DNA of 64,000 bases from Setoptus koraiensis (Eukaryota; Animalia; Arthropoda), in NCBI GenBank assembly GCA_048013815.1, contig CM106585.1, positions 7,254,001-7,318,000 of the forward strand, read 5' to 3'. A model generated the notes under the pieces. It was not told where the DNA came from. It saw only the letters and a list, made by a program, of their open reading frames with translations, and ran no database searches. Below are positions 25,547 through 38,000 of the stretch, in pieces. A program made the position numbers and the translations under genes. Position 1 is the stretch's first letter. Each line of letters begins with the position of its first letter.

Positions 25547-28500
25547 ATTGCGATATTGCAAGGCACATTATTTGACTATTACGCAATGCAGCAGCGCATT
25601 GTGTTGCGACTGACAAGCATGTGCGACTCACAAAATGTGAGCTCAGTGAGCCAAGTCAGTTAGTGTGACTAACTGACTGTAAATGTGTGATGGCACCTGA
25701 ATTGAATTGAGCTGACTTGTGAGCCGAATTGATCATACGCAGCCACTGCTAATGATGCTTGCCATCGTATGACGCAATATGATGCGCGCGATATGATTCA
25801 ATGAGGCTGAAAATGGCCACTGCCGCTTGTTACCGACAGCTTGTTACGCAACACATAAAAACAGTGTGCACATTGCAAAAATGGCACGATCATGCTGGCA
25901 CAACAAGCTTCTGTTTGCACGCTGTGTAAGCTGTGCCAAAATGCTGCGAAAAAGGCTGCAAAAAAGCCCCCGCGTCTCTTATAGGTCGCGGGCACGTTCA
26001 TACATTGATAATACATTGATGGGGCCCGTTTGGAGCCGTTGGCTGGCAGCTCCGTTTGTCCCCCAATAACTCACAATAATTCAATGAAACACTGGCAACA
26101 ACAATAACGCCCGCTATAACGTTTGCTAATCTGCCAACATCCGACAATCGGCGTGCAATCGGCGTTGTCTGGCAGTTGCAGTTGCAGTTGCAGTTGCTAG
26201 TCCGCCACGAGCAAGCGCCAACTTGCATCATTCGAGTGACAGCAGCGCCGCAACGAGCGCATACAAATGAGATAAGCGGCTGATTATCGGATAACTCACG
26301 GCAGCTCGATTAACAGCGCTCACGCGGGCGCCGGTGTCAGTGATGGCGGCCGAGATGAGCAGCGGCCCCCGAATAAATATAAATTATGCAGCCGCTTTAA
26401 GTCGGCGGCCGGTGCACGGGCCGAGTTGTTGGCCGCTAAAAAACAACGCTGCGCCAAGTGCGCACTTGTTCGCCCACTTGACAACTTTATCGGCCCCAAC
26501 TTATCGACGCCTTCTTAACAACACACTCGGCAACACACTCAGCGCTTGCAACAAATCGACTTTGCGATGAGATTAATGACAAGTGTGACTGGCGTTATTG
26601 ATTTTATTTGATTGTTCACTTCCGTTTCTGTGCCGCTCGCAAGTGGCGTCGTCACTGGTTCGCTCACTGTGTTGCGCCATTGCCATTGGCTGATTTTGAG
26701 CGGATAATAGTTGTTGGCTCACAACGCGTATTATCCGCACGCTCGCCCCGCTTACGCCGGCCACTTTCGACTCGTGCGCGCACTGATTTAATTTGCGCCA
26801 CGTCCAATCAAATGCGCTCCAATGATCAAATGGCTGCGTGCCGGCCCTCTCAAAGTTGATCAAAATTCCTTGATCAAAATGGCCCCTTTTGTGTGCCCGA
26901 CAGCTGTTGCCAGCGACATCAATGCCCGGATCGTCAGTGCGGCACCCGGTTGCAGTTGTCGAGCAGGCCGCGAAAATATTTACAAAAATAGATAGTTATT
27001 CTCGCTGACAGTTATTGTTGTGGCGCCACTGGGCCCCAAACAGCGCCAACATCTCGCCAGAGCCAGAAATGATCGGTCGTGAATACGGGCGCTTGTGAGC
27101 CGACAAGCGCCCGTATTTACGATTTGGTGTGGTCAGCGGGCGCAGTTCGTTGGCACGTTGGGTATGTTAGGACGAGAGAGGAAAAAGTTGCCTTGACCGG
27201 TTGGCCGAAACAACGAGACAGTGGCATTTTGAACGCTCTTGCAACCTTTAAACGTAAGCATTGTAAGTCGCAACCAATCGACAATGTTATGCTCGTTTAA
27301 TGTGACTCCTTGCGACATGTACATCCACTTTTGATATTTACGCACTGATAAATATTATATATCCGGTACGGGTGTGCATTTGCGCGACCACTGCGAGTCC
27401 ATACTTGGCCGCTTCGATCAATCATCATCCTGAGTTCGGTGTCTCCATTATGATTATTAATTATTTATCACTGGCCAGCGATGGCGATTAATTGCTGCAA
27501 AAATCATCTTTATGATCAATTCATTTGGGCACATTATCGCTCATCATTAGAGCTCACTCCGTTATCAGCAATCAGCAATCAGCCAAGCCGAGCAGCGTCG
27601 CTTGCCAACTCGTGACTCGTTGCGTAAGTCCTCACACTCAACTGTACGGTCGTCATTTGCATAGGCAACCAATTGACTCACAGCAGCAACACGCCGGACG
27701 CGGGCATAAAAGGGGTTAGAGGAATAAATTATCTGTTGCGAGTGGCTAGTGGCATATTGGCGCCCTCACGACAGGACACAACTATTCAGCTATCAGCGAC
27801 AGAGTGGCCCACTTGCCAATTTGGCTCATGTATTTTTATTGTAAGTGATTATGTAACGTGCACTGATGTTTGCCAACAATTGCTATGCAAATTGCTGGTG
27901 CCAACACGAGCAATTTGCATAGCAATTTGTCATTTGTCTGTCCATTTATATGCTATTGATGACGGCCGAGAGTTTGTTGCGCAGCCAGTGCACAGTCAGT
28001 AGACAGTGTGCCACTTTTATATAGATATACACTGCAGGCACACTCGGTTTGGGCTCGGCGCCTCAAACGTGCGCCAGTTTCTTTGGGCACAGTGATCGAG
28101 CACTGTGCCCAAAGAAGCTGCTGTGAAGGAACAAGAAGTCGATAAAATGTTGATCGCTGATTGTTTTATTGCTCACAAATATAAATAGATAATACAATTC
28201 AAGCAACGATTCATGAATGAATGAATGGCTAGCTAGGCAATCTCTCCATCGTCTGGCTGCGTGCTTGTTGTTGGCACACACAAAATGGACGCGTGCAACC
28301 ACAATCATTGCGGACAAATTCATTCAACTGCTTCAACTTGTGTGGCTATTGTAGCACGTGCAACACACAAAATGTGCTATTGTTACACGTGCGTATGTTG
28401 CGTAATCGAACTGCTGCTGCCACTGCCACTACAGCTGCTGCTGCTGCTGGGTATGATGAGCACAATGATGGGTATTTCAGGGGTATTATTAGTATACATT

Positions 28501-31500
28501 AGCGAGCATATCACTGTGGCAGGGTATTATTATTATTCAATCATATATAGTTGGGTAATGATGATTGTTGTCAACTGTTGTCGATGTAAATTTATGTAAG
28601 ACTGGCGCTGCTGCCGCTGCTAACAACGGGCTGCACACAAAACAGCAGCCCGTGAACTCTATCACTGGTACTCTGTCGCTGTCGGTATAACTTGAATGAA
28701 ATTATGTAACTCGTATATATAAACGGCCAACAATGAACGATAAATATGAGACCAACAGCTGATGCTGACACTTCCGTTAGTCGGCGCGCTCAGTTTGTTT
28801 GTTGGTGCGTGCCTGTCTCTCTGTGTTGGCGGCTGTTTGTTTGGCGCCCTCTGCCCAATCTCTTATCAGTTATCAGCTATGTTATATAATAGTATATTGC
28901 GTTAACAACAATACTACTACTACTGGTGTATTGTTGTAAACGTAAACGAATTATTACATGTACTGGTAATCGGCTGGCGTAATAACAGCGACAACAACTG
29001 TCAATAACAAACTCGACCGGTATTGTGCCACGTTCGGCACGCCAGCGCACCCTGTGCCTACCGGGCACAGTTGCCCGTTGTCGCTGCACTGACCACTGGC
29101 CAGCCACTGGACAGCACACGGCCACGCCAGATGTGGGGGCGGCGGTGCAAACATCTGGCAGCGGCTATAGGCGAGCCTGGGGCGCAAAACAAACAAGTGC
29201 AGTTGATAAAGATTTATGCTAGATTTATCCCACTATCAATCAATGAATGTGCACTGTGCAGACTGCACAGTGTGCACCACCTACCGAGCAGACTAGATTG
29301 CGCGCGCGCGCTCTCGCTCCCGTTATTATGTCTATTAATTTAATTGCTCACAATTTGCAGCTTGCCAATTGTGAGTAGCAAACTCGAGAATTATTATCGC
29401 GCCCGATTAAATCTACTGCTGCCAGCCAGAGCAAGCTGCTCACTATTGTCAGACCTATATATCAATTTATATCAAGTGTTGTTGTGTTGACCGATTAACA
29501 TATCGTCGAGTGCAATTAGCGCAGTAACAGCGAGCTAGCGCAGTTTGCAGTTGTTGTTGTTGTTTATTGCGTCACTTACTTATTGCGTTACTGCACTGAC
29601 AGACGACGACGGACGATAATAACTAAATCGTAATTAGTTAGTATCGTCCGGCTGAGTGGCTTCGCGAGCGATTTGATATTGGCGCCAGTCGACATTTAAT
29701 GCCATTGATTGAATGTAAGCTTGTGCCGACGAGACTCGACGCGAGCTGCCAGCGAAGCGTAAAAGTCACTCACTCGATCCATTATCTGTGATTAGCCAGT
29801 TGCTCAAATCATGGTTATCCGTTCGCTTGCCGTTCGTTGATGGATGGATGAAGGGTAAGGGTCGTTGTGCAAACAAGATAAAACCGGCCATACCAATATA
29901 GGCCATTAGGCAATATTACATTATAAGCCTACAATATAAGGAGTGAGAGTAAATTATCTAATTGTTATATAATTAGCCGACATGTAAGCTGACGAGCAAG
30001 TGAAGCGACTCAGTCATCGCATACCGTGATAGGCGTGCAGCGAATGGCACACCCTGTTGGACAGCGCAAGCGACATTATAATTTAATTTAATGCGCAACC
30101 AGACGTAATAATGCCAGACTCATTATAATGCAATGTAAACTAGTCGACCTATCAACGGGCCCAAAATATCCGCTCGCTTGAAAATTTCCGACACACAGAC
30201 GAGATTTGTTGGTGCGAGGCGACGGCGCGAAAATAGTGCCACAAGAGCAGCCAGTTCGAAATTTGTTTGAAAGCGAACAATTTGTCGAAAAAACAAACCC
30301 CCGCCGGCCTGTCGCAATCAATTTATGCAAATCAGCTATCCCTGTCAGTGCGAGCGTATATTTACCAATTATTATACCAATACCAACTGATACAGCATGC
30401 CAACTGATACTGCACGCCGACTGATCAGCGCAGATAATATCATATCTCACAATTGATGGGTGGCATTGAGTGAGTCGTTACAATATGAACGCGAATGCGT
30501 ACGCAAACAAAACAACAATCGCGATAGCGAGAATAAATTATGGCCAATCGGGCCGGCGTGAGTGGCCAAGGTGATGGCGAAAATTCAAAAGCGCCATTTT
30601 CTTCGTCCGTCTCTTATGCGCATTCTTGTGTTCTTTTGCGCCCACTGGCCTCACTGGGGCCCTGCAACGGGATTGGCAGAAGCAGAAATCACCATGCAAA
30701 TGGCAACGTGCGAGCGCCAGCTAACCGCAAATGACACGCCGCATGACTAATGTCTCAATTTAAACATTATTACATTGGCGCAGATTGGTGCGATATGCGC
30801 CACTTTGCGCCATAAACTTTGAGTTAAATTGCTTTTTTGGGCCCCAACACACACACACACACGCACCGTGGCCATTTGTGGGGCCGTATATCGATGTGCG
30901 CACGCAGTATTTAATTTATTCCAGTTGCGGTATCGCTTTTGCTTGACACTTTGTCGACTGATGTGTCCCCTTTAGCGTTATATTATTATATTGATGGCCG
31001 GCCCGGCATGAGAAATAGAGATCAGCGACGCTCAATTGATAGCTAAATTGATCAAATTAATAGAATAATAATAAGCAAAAGTGGGCAATAACAACAAAAC
31101 AAAACCCACCAGCGCATTGCCACAAAACGCCTGGCAAAACAACCGAACAAGAAGCCAATAACCAGGCCGATAAATAAATTCAAGATGTCACCTCTGGCAA
31201 CAACAATTGAGGGCCAAATGGAAATCAGATGGATCAGCCAACAGAATTGACATTTGCTGCTGTCTGCCGCCACTAGATTGAATTTGAATTTTTAAATTCA
31301 AATTTAAATTTGAATGGCCGCCGTAAATGTGAATGCGGTTGCTGGTGACGTGTACGCAAATCAAATCTCCCTTTGTCTGGGTAATTTATTTGAATTTGGC
31401 CGCTTGTGGCTGGCCTCCACGGCCTTGGACAATAAAAATGAAAATAAAAATAATATTCAATTTGAGAGTCCGGGGCCGCTCCGGTGGCCGGTGGCTCGGT

Positions 31501-31606
31501 TTCGTTGGGCCACCAGAAACAAATGCCGTGTTTGCCTAGAGATTATAAAATTGTTTGCTCGTTCGTTCGGTCTGTATGTTTGTTTGTTTGTGAGCCAAGA
31601 GGTGGA

Positions 31607-31607
31607 C

Positions 31608-31641
<34 letters not shown>

Positions 31642-31674
31642 ACGACAGCAACAACGACAACAACAACAACAACA
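31607..31674. repeat. (CAA)n compound microsatellite
   Basis: Direct reading; source of the poly-N/Q/V/L/C ORFs in the track. Confidence 0.9.
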
Positions 31675-32033
31675 AAAACACGCACAAGTAGCCTGACAGT
31701 GACACACCAACCGGGCACCAGTTTTTGCAGCTCGTGTCATTTGGAATCGTTTTATTTCATTTCATTGTGAATTGCAATTGTTATTGTTTTCACTTGCGTG
31801 TGATGTCTTGTTATTTTGGGGCCCACCGCGGCAAGCCGTCACACGGGCTCGCTGGCCACTCGAGTCGCTTGCGCCGCCTGACATATTGTTGTGATAGCCC
31901 ATTACGCAATGATTGATGGCCGGGATTGCCCAGATTGCGTGGCTCGCTCGCCGTGGCCCCCTTGTCGGTCACTAGACGAGAGACTAGCTGGCACTAGAGG
32001 CACGTGATACAGAGAGAGAGAGAGAGATATAGG

Positions 32034-35000
32034 TCAGCAGTCGGCGGTCATCATTTGGCCGCTGGTGCTGTATGGCGCTATTTGCAGTCTATAGGGCAAC
32101 TTGCTGGACTTTTCCACTATGCCCACTATGTCGGCTAAATTGTTTTGTTTGTAATAGTCGCGTTCAATGCGTTCATGTTCGTAAATAATGCGATGCTTAC
32201 GTAACAGGGGCAACCAACTGTCTTGTAGTTTGCCCTGAATGACGCGACTCTCCCATAGGTAACAGACGCAAAAATTGATACAGGCTATCAGCGCCAGGCG
32301 CCATCTATATTCCAGCGGCAACAATTCAAAGTTCATGTATTTTGACAAAAATACGCCAGGCGACATTGTTATAACTAGCACAAGTATTAAATTAGCTATA
32401 AACAACATGAGATAGGCATAATTTTTCATTAGCGGCTCCCTGAACGGTTTGCCCGGATAATAAACAATGGCCGCTATGAGATAAGACCATAGATTGATGG
32501 TGACCAGCGTGGTGCAACTGTACGAGGCCGGTATGTAGCCAATGTTGACGTCGTTCGGATTGAATTGGAAGCTCTTGAACCAGCTCTGTGTGCCCAAGTT
32601 GACATACACCATTACGTAAATAATCACCTGTATGAGCACAAATGTGAATATGCTCAGCATGGGCGTCAGCGTGCACAATCGTCTCACTATTTTGTGTTTG
32701 GTTAGCTTGTCGCTAGCGGCCGCCAGGCACATACAAAAAGGCGGAAACAAATTGATTGCGTCCATTATGACGTAAGCCCCGTCGGCCGGGTTGTTGCCCT
32801 CCCACGACAATATCAACACAATGGCCAGTTGCAAAAAACAGTAGCTCACCTGATATTTAAAGGTGCAAAATTTTTCGCGCAACGTACACCGGCCCTGGCA
32901 CACGAGTTTCGGTATGCAACTGATGTTGTTTTCGCGCGACGTAAACGGTGACGCTATGGACGATTCCGCGGACAAACAAACGCCCGCGTGAGCGCCCCGC
33001 AGCGCCACCACATCGTTGGAACCGTCGCCCACCATGCCCACCTGATGGCCTTGCTGCTGAAACAGCTCTACCAGTTGAAACTTTTGCTCGGGCAGCATGC
33101 GCGCGAACACGGTGCCCTTCTGGCACAACCGCACCAACAGATCGCGCTCCTCCGTGCGCAAAATCTCAAACGTCTTCCCGTCCATCGCTATGTGCAATTC
33201 GCGGTCCGGCTGGGCCGCCTCCCGCTGCTCTTGCTGTTCCCCCGACCGCTGGCCCGCACCAGTGGGCCGCAGGCCCGGCGTCGCTGCTGTGCCGTCCGGC
33301 TGCGCACGGCTGCCCGCTCTGGCCGCGCTCTGCCGCCCGGTCGCCCTGCCCGCCGGCTTGCTCACGCCCGCCGGCGCCAGCTCTTCGCCGTGCGCCCCTT
33401 CCGCCGGCCCGACGAGCAGCGGCTCCATCTCGATCCACACGGGCCCCGCGTCGTCGTGCTGCCGACTGCTGCGCTCGTCCGCGGACACACCCGTTCCGCT
33501 GCGCGCCCTCAGCGGGCGCTGCTGCGCGTGTTTGGTCGCTTTGTTGTTGGTGCTGCTGCTGTTGTTGTTGTAGTTGCCGTTGTTGTTGCCGTTGCTGCTG
33601 TTGTTGCCCGCACTGGCCACCGGCGACCACTGACCGCAGCCGGCGCTCGCCGCGGCGCTGGGCGTCAGCGAGCCCGCATTGTCGGGCCGCTGCTCGGCGG
33701 CACTCGTTCTGTCGTGCACAAGTGTCAGCTTTATCGACAATTGTCTGCTTGTTGCGGTCTGCTGCGACTGGCCGCTCTCGCTGACCGCACCTGTTGCGCC
33801 CGTTGCCGCTTGCGCCGACTGCTTGATCGTGGACGATTTGCCCGACTTGCTGCTCGACACAGTGGCCAGCGGTGCCACCGCAACGCCGCTGCCCATGCCC
33901 ACCACCGCGGGCACGCCAGTGCCCTTGCCGGCGTTACTTGCCACCAGAATTGGACCGACCGAGGCCAGCGTGGGCAGCGGCGAGCTAGTTGTGCCCGTGT
34001 CAGGCGACACTGCGGCCTCCACCTGAATGAGAGTGGCGCGCGAATCGTTGACCAAATTGCACTTGTAGGCGACATTGATGGCCGTTTGTAAATTGTCGCC
34101 CGTGAGCATGACATTTCTAATGTTGGCCTGCTCTTTCAGCATGCTCAATATTGGCTTTGTGTCCGGTTTGAGGTGATTGTCGAACAGGAGAAATCCCGTT
34201 AGATTGAGCTCCGTTTCGAACAGTTGCCTGTCGATGTCGTTGATGGTGATTGGCGTGGCCATTGAGGCCACTTCCTTTTTGCTGGCGGCCGGCGCTGGCG
34301 CCTGTTGATCGGGCCCACTTGTTGGGCCCAACTTGGAATCGTTGGCCACTTGACCGGCCGCTGGCTGGCCGGCGGCGCCATTTGTGGGGCCAAAGTTCTG
34401 ACTGTGTTGCTGGTGCTGAGTTTTGGCGTCGTCCGTTAGCGACAATTGCGTCTTTGACACGACGCCGTTAGAATCAAATCTGTTGTTTATTTTAATGTAA
34501 CGTATGGCACAAGCGAGAACCCGCCAACCGCTTGCGGTGAATCTCTCCAACACTTGCCAAAAATCCTTTGGCACAGACTCCTGTTTACAGTATTGTATGA
34601 CCACTTCCGGTGCGCCTTTCATTATAACAATGAAGCGGCGTCTCTTGAAGGCTCGCTGAACAATGACTGTCATTCGTTGTAGTTGCGATTCAAACGGAAA
34701 GCGTCTCACAACGCCATAACATAGCAATTGTTTGCGCACCTGGCGAACATTTATCAAATTATTAATGGCGACACCATCATCGTGATTAGGGTGCATTGTT
34801 GTCGCTGTTGTTGCTGCTGTTGCTGGTGCTGTGGTGTGTGTGCTCAACAACGGATCACTGGCCACTTGGTCAGTAGGGCCAGCCACGTTGTCAATGTCAA
34901 CAGCTGACCCCGTTAGGCGCATATTGCTCAATGTCAGCTTATTGCTGGCCAGAGACATATGCGCGTTTACGGCCAAATAATTGATATTGTCAGAATTAAT

Positions 35001-38000
35001 TGCGCCACCCAGGCCAATGGAATGGTGAGAATATTGAAGATGTGTCATGTAGTCCAAATCGGTCGACGACAGTGATGTCGACGATTCGGCCGAAGACCAA
35101 GACGACAACAGGGACGAGGTGCAAGAGGAGGAAGAGGTCAATGACTTGTCGTTGGCGTCCTCGTCCCGACTGTCCACTGATTGCTGGTGTCGTTGTTGCC
35201 GGTGACCATTATGCTTGAATGCTGATGGTGATGACGCTGATGAAGATGATGACGACGACGACGATGACGACGAAGACGACGACGAATAAGAGGTGACGTA
35301 ACTTGAAGCACATTTTAAATACTCTATCACGGTGGCCTCGTCCAGGTGAGCGTACCGGGGGCACACCATCTGATCGGGTCTGCTGTCGAATAGCGCTTCG
35401 AATTGGCAAGACATATTGCCGGCATTATTATTGTTACTGTTGAAAGACTCCACGTCCAATAGCATCCAATTTGATGTTCTAAACAGGCCCAAATCCACTT
35501 CGCTGCCGATTATTTCACCCTTTACCTGAACCAAGAGATTGCACGAAGCCATTGTGAGCGCAAGATCGTGTTGATCGTAATCATAGTAGCTGTTTAATGA
35601 TATTGGCAAGCGCCATCGCTTAATCAGCTTGTGTCTGGCCAATGGTGGATAAACAAATTTGCATTTGTTACTGTTGTGTTTGCCCGAACCTGGCTTGTTG
35701 GCGCTCGTACTCATACTCTTGCTGTTATTGCGAACACTCGTAATCATAAGCACCGAATTAAAGTCAATTTCATCGCTGGTCAATGTTCCTGTTTTGTCGA
35801 AACAAATCAAATCCAATCCTCCACAATTGGATATATATTTCGAATTCAGACAATAGATGCCAATTTTTCTCAGTCTACGTTGGGCATTGTTGTTTAGACT
35901 AGTGATCACTGGTGGCGTATCGTTGTCACATTCAAGATGTGCCATGAGAGACATGTCAAAAGAGAAAAGTTTGCATTAGATATAAATGGTAAATAGCTTG
36001 CTTTTATTAAATGATTAATTAGACCTAACGTATTTTGGTTAATTTGTCTCGATCAACTTGATAGATGACAAGTGATAAATTAATCAATGGACATGGTACG
36101 AATTAAAACTTGAGCCCATGTTGTGGAGGGATCTATCGCACGGCACAATGAAAAGAGGTGTCTCGATTTCTTGCACTGCTAGGGTGAGCCATTAAAATGT
36201 GATGGACAAAACTGGTGCAGTGTTCATGTGAGCACTGGCTCGATGGACGGGGCCATAATTCATAAAAAGGCGCATAATTAATGAAGCGAAGGTAAATAAA
36301 GGAGGCTCTAATCAAGTGTGCGATCAAGGTTGAAACAAGTTTTGTTCGGGGTGGCCAAGATCAGTTATGATACGACACAGCCTGTGTGGACTTGACTGTT
36401 GCTTGTTTCGCTGTTTGACTAGTTGGTAAAACTAGTTCATGTTGACACAAATTAATCTGGATGAACTCACGTAGACACAATGGCCATTTGTTACATGTTT
36501 CTGTTGAACATGTTGGCAGAAAGAGGTTAAAGTGTAGAGGTGGACACAGATTCTTTTATTCGCCTCGCTCTCTCAACTTGAGACTCTCAAGTCCATCATA
36601 TATATCAGCCGACCAAGTCAGCTGATATATATTTCATCGAAGGCGCAAAAATAATACTAATAGTAATAGTCATGATTAGCTCGATCGAAGGTTCGTCGTA
36701 GTAACCCGAAAGAATTGGAAAGAATTGGAGAAAAAAGAATCACCAACAGCCGAATCGTCTCAACAGACTGACCGCTATACCGACCGGGCCGGACCGCGCA
36801 CCTAGGTATTCGTGGTGGGGTAGCATGGTAGTTGGGTGGTTTGGCTACGGTAGTGAACGCCGTTTGTGTGTCCGCCTGTGTGTTTATTAACACCGCACCG
36901 TCTGTTGGTGTGTGCGTCAGATTAACCAGATAGAACGGCGTGATACTCGCCGGTCTTATTTGGATTTATTATTATTGCTATTATTAATTACTATTGTATT
37001 ATTATCAATACTATTACTATAACTATTATCATTATCACTATTATTATTATTATTATTATCATCATTACTATTACTGTTTTGTTTATATGTACTTGGATAA
37101 ACAACAACAATAATCATCATTCGAGTATTTGTTTGCGCTCGCCATCGACCGCTCGGTTATATCGGCTATATCGACTATAAATATACATCATCTCATATGT
37201 ACATCGGGGTGTATGTATTTTAATATCAGGGCAGCCATCAACGATGGGAATGCGATGGATGATGATGACAACAACAAATCATCTACATTTGCCAAGTTGA
37301 ACAATAACAACCATTAACTACTACTCACCACCATGATGACGGCACTCACCACAAATACAATTATAGCAGCTTATAGTAGTATGATGACAACAACAACAAC
37401 GAGCAAGTCACATTCTTCAATTAATCACATCATCGCCAAGAGCAGCACATTTAACAATCAGCTATCAGTTCGCTTGTCTAGCCCAGACCAACACCAACAG
37501 ACCTAGAATAGTGACTCGCTGGCAAATGGCAGCTATTATTTCACAAGAGATATCATTACTTGTAGCTAGTGGCCATCGAATGAATTGATACTGTCACATA
37601 CATACACTAGTATCTATTTGTAGATGCGCACACAACCTAAATAATTATACAGGAATAATTGTTATTCATTTTGTTACCACCAATAATAACTAATTAATTA
37701 TCTATCGCCTAGACAGGTAGACAGCACCCTTGAAACTGGTGGATCCACCTATTGATTATAATATACGACCATGAATAGTATTAGTCAATCGTGACCATAA
37801 TCAACGTGACAAAGTGATTGAATTGTGAACAAAGCATAGCACACAACAAACTACATATAATTTTAAAGAATAATACTTGTTATACCAGGGCACCCGTTAA
37901 ACCCCACTAATACACCCACCACTACTAGATCCCGCTTATTCCTATGACTTGCTCATAACAAATTCCTCAGTTGGTACTCATTATTATCATACAATTGTCG

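Noticed and set aside
32948-34091. Long plus-strand ORFs (278 and 367 aa) and alternative-frame ORFs
   Set aside because: Shadow ORFs of the GC-rich, stop-poor part of the ATP13A exon; no recognisable domains.
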